Shown here: one piece after another, positions 28,243 to 35,699 of the stretch | How the letters are laid out: the number at the start of each line of letters is the position of its first letter | Position numbering within the stretch: position 1 is the first letter of the stretch | Source of the DNA: Chthoniobacterales bacterium | Lineage (GTDB): Bacteria > Verrucomicrobiota > Verrucomicrobiia > Chthoniobacterales > UBA10450 | Length of the DNA stretch: 56,652 nt | Assembly (NCBI GenBank): GCA_025934755.1 | Contig: JAICWQ010000001.1 | Location: 1-56,652 of the forward strand | Direction: 5' to 3' | Notes under the pieces: generated by a model | The model's input: only the letters and a program-made list of their open reading frames with translations | The model's database searches: none | Told to the model about the DNA's origin: nothing | Made by a program: the position numbers and the translations under genes

Positions 28243-29250
28243 TTAAGGTTTCGGTTCTTCGGCGATTTTCAGAGCAATTTTCCCGCGGGTGTGGTGCGTC
28301 TCTGCCTGCGCGTCCGCTTTCGTCGCGTCAGTCAATGGCAGGACTTGTGAAACGATCGGCTTGATCTTTCCCGCATCAATGAACTTGGTGATCTCCGCGA
28401 GCTCGACCGAATTCGGATGCGATGAGAGCGATGCTCCGCGAATTTCATGCTTCTTCAGCTCGGCCTCGTCGCAGCGCGAGATGATCGTCACCACGATTCC
28501 GCCCTTTTTCACCACGCCGTACGAACGCGCGAGCGTGTCGCGACCAACCGGATCGAGCACAAAATCGACATCATGCGCAACGTCTTCGAATTTTTGTTTC
28601 GTGTAATCGATCGCCACGTCGACGCCCAATTGCTTCAACAAATCCTGGTTCGCGGTAGATGCCGTCGCAATCACGCGCGCGCCGCGCGCTTTCGCGATTT
28701 GAATCGCGAAACTTCCAACTCCGCCCGAGCCGCCATGAATAAGCACGGTTTGTCCGCTTTGTAATTTTCCGAGCTCGAACGCTTGCCAGGCAGTCAGCGC
28801 CGCCAAAGGAACAGACGAGGCTTCGACGAAGTTAAGCGACTTCGGTTTGATCGCCGATTCGGTTTCGTTCGAGATGCAGTATTCAGCCCAACCGCCGCCC
28901 CACAGCAGATACGCGTAAACCGGATCGCCGACTTTAAGCTTCGTTACTTTCGCGCCGATCTTGACCACCACGCCGGCCATGTCGTAACCGGGAACCAGCG
29001 GCAGGTGGGTTCCGAATTCTTTGGCGTATTTCCCATTGAGAATGAGGGGATCCGCCGGATTCACCCCGCTCGCGATCACGCGAACGAGAATCTCGTTCGG
29101 TTTCGGCGCCGGGACGGGAATCTTTTCTACCTTTAAGACTTCCGGGCCGCCGTACTCGTGCGCGACGACCGCTTTCATTGTCTTCGGCACCGATTGCGCG
29201 TTCGCAATGAGCGCGTTCGTAGCGAGAACGAGTACAGCAATCCTTTTCAT
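28243..29250 (-). CDS. Zinc-type alcohol dehydrogenase / NADPH:quinone oxidoreductase (MDR family), apparently with signal peptide
   Basis: The MDR core starts at MKAVVAHEYGGPEVLK, and the nucleotide-binding loop is HGGSGGVGSFAIQIAK. The ATG at 29250 adds MKRIAVLVLATNALIANAQS, which looks like a signal peptide. The alternative start is the ATG at 29178. Confidence 0.9.
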   Translation of the reverse strand: MKRIAVLVLATNALIANAQSVPKTMKAVVAHEYGGPEVLKVEKIPVPAPKPNEILVRVIASGVNPADPLILNGKYAKEFGTHLPLVPGYDMAGVVVKIGAKVTKLKVGDPVYAYLLWGGGWAEYCISNETESAIKPKSLNFVEASSVPLAALTAWQAFELGKLQSGQTVLIHGGSGGVGSFAIQIAKARGARVIATASTANQDLLKQLGVDVAIDYTKQKFEDVAHDVDFVLDPVGRDTLARSYGVVKKGGIVVTIISRCDEAELKKHEIRGASLSSHPNSVELAEITKFIDAGKIKPIVSQVLPLTDATKADAQAETHHTRGKIALKIAEEPKP

Positions 29251-29259
29251 ATCGAAAAT

Positions 29260-29390
29260 GTTGTAGCGGTGCTTACGCTCCCGCTAGCTCGGCAAGAATT
29301 TTCCCTAGCTATAAATTGCCGCACAACGGCGGCCTTGTTCTCAAGCACCGAATTAATAAACAGGCGCTTGAAAACAAGCGCCTCTACAAC
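29260..29390 (-). repeat. Nested-palindrome repeat, copy B (inverted relative to A, interrupted by a ~60-bp insertion at ~29275-29334)
   Basis: 29260-29274 plus 29335-29390 align with the reverse complement of copy A, differing at only a few positions. The intervening segment has no counterpart in copy A. Confidence 0.85.
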
Positions 29391-29440
29391 TCCAATCGCG
29401 CTTGTCACGAGCTGCCTTCATCGGTGAAATCTGTGGATTC

Positions 29441-29650
29441 TCACTCTTTGGATTCCGGGACCGCTCGCTCGGCGGCTTTGAAACCGACTTTCGAATGGGT
29501 ACCGTCGCAAAATGGTTTCTCGGTCGACGCGCCACAGCGGCAGAGCGCCATCCGCGGTTCGACTGGAAACTTGTTGCCGTCGCTGTCCATCAACTCGACT
29601 TCACCCTTCACGATGTAAGGACCATTCTTGATTGTCTCGATTGTTACCAT
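29441..29650 (-). CDS. CDGSH-type iron-sulfur domain protein
   Basis: The CDGSH signature CRCGASTEKPFCDGTH is present in a 69-aa protein. Confidence 0.85.
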   Translation of the reverse strand: MVTIETIKNGPYIVKGEVELMDSDGNKFPVEPRMALCRCGASTEKPFCDGTHSKVGFKAAERAVPESKE

Positions 29651-29686
29651 GTGGCCAATCTACCTGATGTAGAGCGCGCTGAAAAC

Positions 29687-29752
29687 GTTGTAGAGGCGGC
29701 TGTCTCAGCCGCCTATTTATAAATAGGCGCTTGAGACAAACGCCTCCACAAC
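29687..29752 (+). repeat. Nested-palindrome repeat, copy C (diverged)
   Basis: The sequence is GTTGTAGAGGCGGCTGTCTCAGCCGCCTATTTATAAATAGGCGCTTGAGACAAACGCCTCCACAAC. It has the same termini and two-hairpin layout as copy A. Confidence 0.8.
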
Positions 29753-29769
29753 GTCAGTATTGAAGCAAC

Positions 29770-32016
29770 ATGAGAATTAGATTCTTCGTTCCGATATTTT
29801 TTCTCGCTGCAACAGCATTCGCTCAAACGGCCCAGAAACATCCGTTCACCTTTGAGGACATGATGAAACTCAAACGGGTGGATGAGCCGATGCCGTCGCC
29901 GGATGGAAAATGGGTCGTGTTCTCCGCGACCGATGTCGATCTTGAAGCGAACACGAAAATTTCGCATTTGTGGATCGTCCCGGCAGCCGGTGGGGAATCG
30001 AAACGATTGAATGAAACGGCGACCCACGAGGAGCGGCCGCGGTTTTCGCCGGATGGGAAGCGGTTGCTCTGGACTTCGAAAGCGACCGATCCGACGCAAA
30101 TCTGGATGTGCGACTTTGATTCCGGGAGCGGAATGCTGATCGGCCAGCCTCATCAGGTAACGAGCCTGTCAACGGGCGCGGACGGCGCGATCTGGTCGCC
30201 CGATGGAAAGAACATCGTCTTCGTATCGGAAGTTTATCCAGATTGCAAAGATGACGGTTGCAACAAACAGCGGGACGAAGAGCTGAAGAAGAGCAAAGTA
30301 AAAGCGAAGATTTTCACGAAGCTGTTGTATCGCCACTGGAACGCCTTCACGGGTTTTAAACGGAGTCATTTGTTTGTGGTGAGTGCGGATGCGACAGCGC
30401 CGGCAGGGCGAGAATCTGTCGAGCCCAACACCTCTGGTTCCACGGTTCCGCAGAGCATCGCCCCACCAAGAAATGAACCAAGAGATCTCACCCCCGGCGA
30501 TCACGATGTGCCGCCGTTTCATCTTGGCGGCCAGGACATGTATTCGATTTCGCCGGACGGCCAGGAGCTCGCTTACACCAGCAACATCGACGAAGTCGAA
30601 GCGACCAGCACCAACAACGAAATTTTTGTCGTGCCGATTACTGGCGATACACAAGCTTCGGTAGGGCGAGACTCCGTCGAGCCGAAGACAAATAGCGCAG
30701 CGGTTCCACAGAGTGTCGCCCTACCAAAGAAAGCGCCGCGCAAAATTTCCACCAGTCCCGGCGCCGACACCACTCCGCTCTATTCGCCGGACGGAAAATA
30801 TCTCGTCTGGCGATCCCAAGCCCGCGCCGGGTTCGAATCCGACAAATGGCGGCTGATGCTACGGGATCGACAATCAGGAAAAATCCGGGAGTTAACCGAA
30901 AAATTCGCGGGATCAGTTGGCGGTTTGGCCTGGGGTGAGGATTCACAAACGATCTTTTTTACCGCCGAAGACCATGGCGAAAATCCGATTTATGGGTTTT
31001 CGCTATCTGACAACAAAGCCAGCGAAGTCATGCGATTGCATGGCGACGACCTGGCCCCCTCGAAAGATGGCAAGGCCGTATTTTTCACACGGATGTCGAT
31101 CGCCGCACCTAACGAAATCGCGCGGTTCGATATCGAGGAATACAACAACGCATCCGGCCACGGCCAGGACGTGATCTATCCAAAGCCAGTGACGCACATG
31201 AACGACGCGCTATTGTCGCAGATCGATATGCAGCCGTTGGAGCCGTTCACGTTCAAAGGCGCGAACGATGAACAGGTCCAGGGGTTCATGGTGAAGCCTC
31301 CAGGGTTCGATCCGAACAGGAAATATCCTTTGAAGTTTTTGCTCCACGGCGGGCCGCAAGGGGCTTGGGGAGATTCGTGGACGTATCGCTGGAATGCGGA
31401 GTTGTTTGCGGCGATGGGAAATTATGTCGTGGTGATGATCAATTTTCACGGCTCGACCGGTTATGGGCAGAAGTTTACCGATTCGATCAGCGGCGACTGG
31501 GGCGGCAAACCGTACGTCGATCTGATGAAGGGACTCGATTACGTGGAGAAGACTTATCCCTTTATCGACAAGAGCCGCGAGGCCGCGCTCGGCGCGAGCT
31601 ACGGGGGTTACATGGCGAACTGGCTGTTAGGCCATACCAATCGATTCAAATGCATTGTATCGCACGATGGGATGTTCAACGCCGAAGCGGCCTTCGGCAC
31701 GACCGAAGAACTCTGGTTTCCGAATTGGGAATTCAAAGGCCCGCCATGGAAGAATCGCGAACTTTACCGGAAATTTTCGCCGCACGAGTACGCCGCGAAT
31801 TTCAAAACGCCGACCCTGGTCGTGCACGGCCAACTCGATTACCGGCTCGATGTTTCGAACGGATTCGATCTGTTCACCACGCTGCAAGTGCTGAAAGTGC
31901 CGTCGAAAATGTTGTATTTTCCGGACGAAGGTCATTGGGTGCTGAAGCCGCAAAACTCGCGGCTGTGGTACAAAACGGTGAACGACTGGGTGGATCAGTG
32001 GTGTGGGAAAAACTGA
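29770..32016 (+). CDS. S9-family serine peptidase (acylaminoacyl-peptidase/DPP-like) with TolB-like beta-propeller, secreted
   Basis: A signal peptide is present. The catalytic motif is GASYGGYMANW, with Asp/His contexts VVHGQLDYRL and FPDEGHW. The gene carries two in-frame 22-codon palindromic inserts, listed separately as repeats. Confidence 0.92.
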   Translation: MRIRFFVPIFFLAATAFAQTAQKHPFTFEDMMKLKRVDEPMPSPDGKWVVFSATDVDLEANTKISHLWIVPAAGGESKRLNETATHEERPRFSPDGKRLLWTSKATDPTQIWMCDFDSGSGMLIGQPHQVTSLSTGADGAIWSPDGKNIVFVSEVYPDCKDDGCNKQRDEELKKSKVKAKIFTKLLYRHWNAFTGFKRSHLFVVSADATAPAGRESVEPNTSGSTVPQSIAPPRNEPRDLTPGDHDVPPFHLGGQDMYSISPDGQELAYTSNIDEVEATSTNNEIFVVPITGDTQASVGRDSVEPKTNSAAVPQSVALPKKAPRKISTSPGADTTPLYSPDGKYLVWRSQARAGFESDKWRLMLRDRQSGKIRELTEKFAGSVGGLAWGEDSQTIFFTAEDHGENPIYGFSLSDNKASEVMRLHGDDLAPSKDGKAVFFTRMSIAAPNEIARFDIEEYNNASGHGQDVIYPKPVTHMNDALLSQIDMQPLEPFTFKGANDEQVQGFMVKPPGFDPNRKYPLKFLLHGGPQGAWGDSWTYRWNAELFAAMGNYVVVMINFHGSTGYGQKFTDSISGDWGGKPYVDLMKGLDYVEKTYPFIDKSREAALGASYGGYMANWLLGHTNRFKCIVSHDGMFNAEAAFGTTEELWFPNWEFKGPPWKNRELYRKFSPHEYAANFKTPTLVVHGQLDYRLDVSNGFDLFTTLQVLKVPSKMLYFPDEGHWVLKPQNSRLWYKTVNDWVDQWCGKN
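30402..30467 (+). repeat. 66-bp palindromic element inserted in frame in the S9 peptidase gene (copy 1, more degraded)
   Basis: The sequence is GGCAGGGCGAGAATCTGTCGAGCCC...CGGTTCCGCAGAGCATCGCCCCACC. By my count the arms match at 16/25 positions. It encodes ..AGRESVEPNTSGSTVPQSIAPP... Confidence 0.75.
30660..30725 (+). repeat. 66-bp palindromic element inserted in frame in the S9 peptidase gene (copy 2)
   Basis: The sequence is GGTAGGGCGAGACTCCGTCGAGCCG-aagacaaatagcgcag-CGGTTCCACAGAGTGTCGCCCTACC. By my count the arms match at 21/25 positions. It encodes ..VGRDSVEPKTNSAAVPQSVALP... Confidence 0.8.
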
Positions 32017-32079
32017 GGATTTACCGGATTAACCGGATGGGAAGATTCTGGAATCTTCTGAAATCCTGTTAATCCTGTC
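32017..32079. terminator. Heptamer-word palindrome (GGATTTACCGGATTAACCGGAT ... AATCCTGTTAATCCTGTC) between convergent S9 peptidase and helicase genes; likely bidirectional terminator hairpin
   Basis: The element starts 1 nt after the S9 stop codon and ends 13 nt before the helicase stop codon. The central palindrome is GAAGATTCTGGAATCTTC, and the arms pair over CGGATTA/TAATCC words. Confidence 0.6.
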
Positions 32080-32091
32080 TTTCTTTCTGAA

Positions 32092-33309
32092 TTAACGACG
32101 CCTGCGCCCGTAGGAATAACCGCGATGAGATCGGCCGCCGCCGATCGCGCGGCGTCCACCGGCCATTGATTCGGGTTCGAAGAGCACAGTGTAAAGATAG
32201 GGAAAGTTTTCGAGTTTCAGTCGCGGAATCTTTTGGCCGATAAAGCGTTCGATCGCCTGGAGCGAGGAAACTTCTTCGCCATTCATGAGGGTAAACGCGT
32301 CTCCGACATTTTGGGCCCGACCGGTGCGCCCGATCCGATGGACGTAATCCTCGGAGTGTTCGGGCACGTCGTAATTAATCACGTGACTGACGCCGGCGAT
32401 GTCCAGTCCGCGCGCGGCAATGTCGGTGGCGACCATCACTTCATATTTGCCGCTCTTGAATCCTTCGAGCGCTTCGATCCGTTCGCGCTGGGTCCGATTG
32501 GAATGCAAAACGGCGACGGAATGATTTCCCTGTTTCAATCTGTGCGCGATTTTGTCCGCCCCGTGTTTGGTTCGAGAAAAAATAAGCGCGCTATCGAAGT
32601 TGGTGCGTTCGAGCAGCGCCATGAGCAGATCGAATTTTTGTTCGGCTGCGACCGGATAAACTGCGTGGGTCACCGTTTCGGCGGGTGAACGGCGCACGCC
32701 AATCTCGACCAATTCCGGATCGCGCAACACCCAGGCGGAGAGCCGTTCGATCTCGGGCGGCAGGGTGGCGGAGAAAAGCAACGTTTGTCGATCGGTTGAA
32801 ATTTTTTCCACGATCCGGCGAACATCCGGAAGAAATCCCATGTCGAGCATGCGATCGACTTCGTCGAGCACGAGAATGCTCACGTCGCGGAAGTGAAGAG
32901 TTTTTTGTTCGAGATGATCGAGGAGGCGCCCGGGCGTGGCGACGACGATGTCGACACCGCGTGTCAAATCTTCGCGCTGCTTTCCATAACCGACGCCGCC
33001 GTGGACAACCGTCGCTCGCAAATCGGTAAAGCGACCATAATCACGGAACGCAGTCTCAACTTGAGCCGCGAGTTCGCGGGTCGGTTCCAGGACCAGGCAA
33101 CGGAATTTTCCGTGCCCGGCCAGCAAAGTCAGGATCGGCAGCGCAAAAGCGGCCGTCTTGCCGGTGCCGGTTTGCGCGGTGCCGATCAGATCTTTGCCCG
33201 ACAAAATAATCGGGAAGGCGCGGAGCTGGATCGGCGTCGGCTCGGTGAACCCCATGGCCTGGGTTCCACGCACGACTTCCGGCGAAAGCTCGAAATTATT
33301 AAATGACAC
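32092..33309 (-). CDS. DEAD-box ATP-dependent RNA helicase (RhlE-like)
   Basis: The Q motif, AQTGTGKT, PTRELA, motif II as DEVD (LVLDEVDRML), SAT and HRIGRTGRA are present, with an Arg/Gly-rich tail. The start codon is GTG. Confidence 0.95.
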   Translation of the reverse strand: MSFNNFELSPEVVRGTQAMGFTEPTPIQLRAFPIILSGKDLIGTAQTGTGKTAAFALPILTLLAGHGKFRCLVLEPTRELAAQVETAFRDYGRFTDLRATVVHGGVGYGKQREDLTRGVDIVVATPGRLLDHLEQKTLHFRDVSILVLDEVDRMLDMGFLPDVRRIVEKISTDRQTLLFSATLPPEIERLSAWVLRDPELVEIGVRRSPAETVTHAVYPVAAEQKFDLLMALLERTNFDSALIFSRTKHGADKIAHRLKQGNHSVAVLHSNRTQRERIEALEGFKSGKYEVMVATDIAARGLDIAGVSHVINYDVPEHSEDYVHRIGRTGRAQNVGDAFTLMNGEEVSSLQAIERFIGQKIPRLKLENFPYLYTVLFEPESMAGGRRAIGGGRSHRGYSYGRRRR

Positions 33310-33415
33310 GAGACAAAGCTAACCGCGGATTACGCGGATTAAAACGGATGATTTTTAGGGAAGCCGAAGTTATATCACGGTGATCGGCGCCATCCAAGGT
33401 TCTGAAGAGAAGACA

Positions 33416-33853
33416 ATGCGCATATTTGTTTTGGCAGACACGCACAACAAATTGCCGCAGCAAGTTATCGATCTTGCGGGCGAGGCGGACGAGATTTGGC
33501 ATTTGGGCGACGTTTGTGAACCGACTATCACTGTTGACCTGGAGAAGATCGGACTGCCCCTCACCGTTGTTCGCGGCAATTGCGACTGGAACGAGGATTG
33601 GCCGATCATGGTCGATCTTGCCCGCGAAGGTTTGAGATTTCGGCTGGTGCATATTCCGCCGGAGGTTCCGCCGGACGATGTCGATGTGGTGTTGCATGGT
33701 CATACTCACGTGCCGCGTAACGAAAAACGCCGCGGCGTTCTATTTTTGAACCCTGGTTGTGTCACAAGGCCAAACCGGGGCTCGTCCCGAAGCGTGGCGT
33801 GGCTTCAAATCGAAAGCAGGAAGATCAACTGGCGCTTGGTCGAATTGGATTAG
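33416..33853 (+). CDS. YfcE/MJ0936-family metallophosphoesterase
   Basis: Motifs MRIFVLADTHN, HLGD, GNCD and LHGHTH are present. The ATG at 33416 is preferred over the track start at 33380. Confidence 0.85.
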   Translation: MRIFVLADTHNKLPQQVIDLAGEADEIWHLGDVCEPTITVDLEKIGLPLTVVRGNCDWNEDWPIMVDLAREGLRFRLVHIPPEVPPDDVDVVLHGHTHVPRNEKRRGVLFLNPGCVTRPNRGSSRSVAWLQIESRKINWRLVELD

Positions 33854-33854
33854 C

Positions 33855-33981
33855 AAAATTCGAATGTCGAAATCCGAAACAATTTTCTAAATCCAAAAAC
33901 CGAATGATAGACGCGACCCTAGCCGTTTGATTATTCGATATTCGAATCTGCTTCAAGATTCGATTTCGAATTTCGGATTTT
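33855..33981. repeat. Heptamer-word palindromic element (same CGAAATCCGAAA family as 20345-20484) between convergent yfcE-like and rplQ genes
   Basis: The left arm is AAAATTCGAATGTCGAAATCCGAAAC.. and the right arm is ..GATTCGATTTCGAATTTCGGATTTT. It begins 2 nt after one stop codon and ends 7 nt before the other. Confidence 0.8.
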
Positions 33982-33987
33982 CCGACT

Positions 33988-34530
33988 CTACTCTTCCTTT
34001 TTTCGCCCGAACCAGCGCCGCTTTTTCTTCGCCTCTTCGGCCGGCTTTTCTTCCGCCGTGGCCTCGGGCTTTTCCTGCTTTGGCTCCTTTGGTTGCGCTT
34101 CTGTTTGAGCTTCTTCCTTTGGTTCCTTCTTCTTTGCCTTCTTTTCTTCGGCCGGCTTTTCTTCGACAACGACGGTAGCATCGACCCATTCGATCAAGGC
34201 CATGGAAGCAGAATCACTGTGACGTTGGCCGAGTCGAATGATGCGGGTGTAACCGCCGTTACGCTCGGTCGAAGCAGGCGCAATTTCGTCGAATAGCTTC
34301 TTGACAGCGTCTTTCTGACGCAAGGTGGCGAACGCGGTCCGGCGCGCGTGGATCGAACCGTTTTTGCCAAGGGTAACCATTCTTTCGGCGATCGGACGGA
34401 CCGCTTTGGCTTTGGCAAGCGTTGTTTTGATCCGCCGATGCTCGATCAGGCTGCAAACCTGGTTTGCCAGGAGCGCTTTGCGATGTTCGGCCTTTCGGCC
34501 GAGCCGCACGGTTTTCTTTTGATGTCTCAT
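33988..34530 (-). CDS. rplQ: 50S ribosomal protein L17 with ~55-aa Lys/Glu/Pro/Ala-rich C-terminal extension
   Basis: The canonical N-terminus MRHQKKTVRLGRKAEHRKALLANQ is present and the gene lies directly downstream of rpoA. The tail reads ..EEKPAEEKKAKKKEPKEEAQTEAQPKEPKQEKPEATAEEKPAEEAKKKRRWFGRKKEE. Confidence 0.95.
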   Translation of the reverse strand: MRHQKKTVRLGRKAEHRKALLANQVCSLIEHRRIKTTLAKAKAVRPIAERMVTLGKNGSIHARRTAFATLRQKDAVKKLFDEIAPASTERNGGYTRIIRLGQRHSDSASMALIEWVDATVVVEEKPAEEKKAKKKEPKEEAQTEAQPKEPKQEKPEATAEEKPAEEAKKKRRWFGRKKEE

Positions 34531-34548
34531 CGGTGTGGCTGGCTGGAA

Positions 34549-35607
34549 TTAGGTGCGCTCAGCCGGCTCTTCGCCGGTTCCGTTTCCGGAAGCGCCATCA
34601 GCTAACACGCTCGTGACTGGTTCTACCAGACCCGCCTCAAATTTCATCCCTAAACTGAGCCCGAGCTGCTGGAGTTTGTCCTTGATCTCGTTGAGCGATT
34701 TCTTGCCGAAGTTGCGGTACTTGAGCATTTCGCTCTCGGTCTTTTGCGCGAGCTGACCAACGCTGGTGATATTCGCGTTGTTCAAACAGTTCGCGGCGCG
34801 CACGCTGAGTTCGATCTCGTTGACGCTCATATTGAGGAGTTTCTTCAGCTTCATGTTCTCTTCGCTGACCCCGGCCGGCGTTTCGTCGAACTCGATCACT
34901 TCTTCGTTAAAGTTCACGAAAACGTCGAGGTGGTGACGAAGAATCGCCGAGGCTTGCAGAAGGGCATCGTCCGGAGTCAACCGGCCGTCGGTCCAGACCT
35001 CGAGGATGAGTTTGTCATAATCGGTGCGTTGACCGACGCGGGTGTTCTCGACAGCGTATTTCACGCGAGTGACCGGCGAGAAAATCGAATCGATCGGGAT
35101 GAGGCCGATCGGCTGGTCGGTGCGTTTGTTTTCTTCGCCGGTGGCGAAACCGCGGCCGACCCGGACTTCGAGTTCGGCGTCAAATTTATGTTTCTTGTCG
35201 AGAGTGCAGATGATCTGTTTGGGATTCAGGACTTCGTAACCGGCGACTTCCTGGATGTCGCCGGCAGAGACTTCGCCTTCCTTGTTGACGCTGAGCGAAA
35301 GTTTTTTCGGTTCGTGGCCATTGCTCGATTTGAATTTCACCTTCTTCAGGTTGAGCACAATGTCGGTCACGTCTTCGACGACGCCCGGCAAGGTGGCGAA
35401 CTCGTGCTGTGCGCCGGTGATTTTCACCGCGGTGATAGCGGCGCCTTCCAGCGACGAAAGCAGGACCCGGCGGAGTGAATTTCCCACGGTGTGACCGTAG
35501 CCGGCTTCAAACGGCTCGGCGGTGAATTTGGCGTAGGTATCAGTGGCCGAGCTCTCTTCTTTAGAAAGAGTTTTCGGCATTTCGAAACGACCGTAACGAA
35601 CTGGCAT
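34549..35607 (-). CDS. rpoA: DNA-directed RNA polymerase subunit alpha
   Basis: The N-terminal domain (..GYGHTVGNSLRRVLLSSLEGAA..) and the C-terminal domain with its HhH region (ELSVRAANCLNNANITSVGQL) are present. Confidence 0.98.
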   Translation of the reverse strand: MPVRYGRFEMPKTLSKEESSATDTYAKFTAEPFEAGYGHTVGNSLRRVLLSSLEGAAITAVKITGAQHEFATLPGVVEDVTDIVLNLKKVKFKSSNGHEPKKLSLSVNKEGEVSAGDIQEVAGYEVLNPKQIICTLDKKHKFDAELEVRVGRGFATGEENKRTDQPIGLIPIDSIFSPVTRVKYAVENTRVGQRTDYDKLILEVWTDGRLTPDDALLQASAILRHHLDVFVNFNEEVIEFDETPAGVSEENMKLKKLLNMSVNEIELSVRAANCLNNANITSVGQLAQKTESEMLKYRNFGKKSLNEIKDKLQQLGLSLGMKFEAGLVEPVTSVLADGASGNGTGEEPAERT

Positions 35608-35613
35608 ATTTTT

Positions 35614-35699
35614 AAGGGATGAAGGATGAGGGATGAATTATGAAAAGAGAAAATGCGACTGCTGCGTTTTCATCCTTCCTCCTTCAACCTTCATCCTTT
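35614..35699 (-). promoter_or_regulatory. Imperfect long hairpin of GGATGAA-type heptamer words in the rpoA 5' leader
   Basis: On the mRNA strand the sequence is AAAGGAUGAAGGUUGAAGGAGGAAGGAUGAA, then a ~31-nt loop, then UUCAUCCCUCAUCCUUCAUCCCUU, then AAAAAU-AUG. The outer stem is 12 bp and the inner stem 7 bp. Confidence 0.55.

Noticed and set aside
32800-32900. DEVD instead of DEAD in motif II of the RNA helicase.
   Set aside because: Substitutions at the third position of motif II occur in bona fide DEAD/DExD-box helicases, and all other motifs are intact. I do not consider it functionally unusual.
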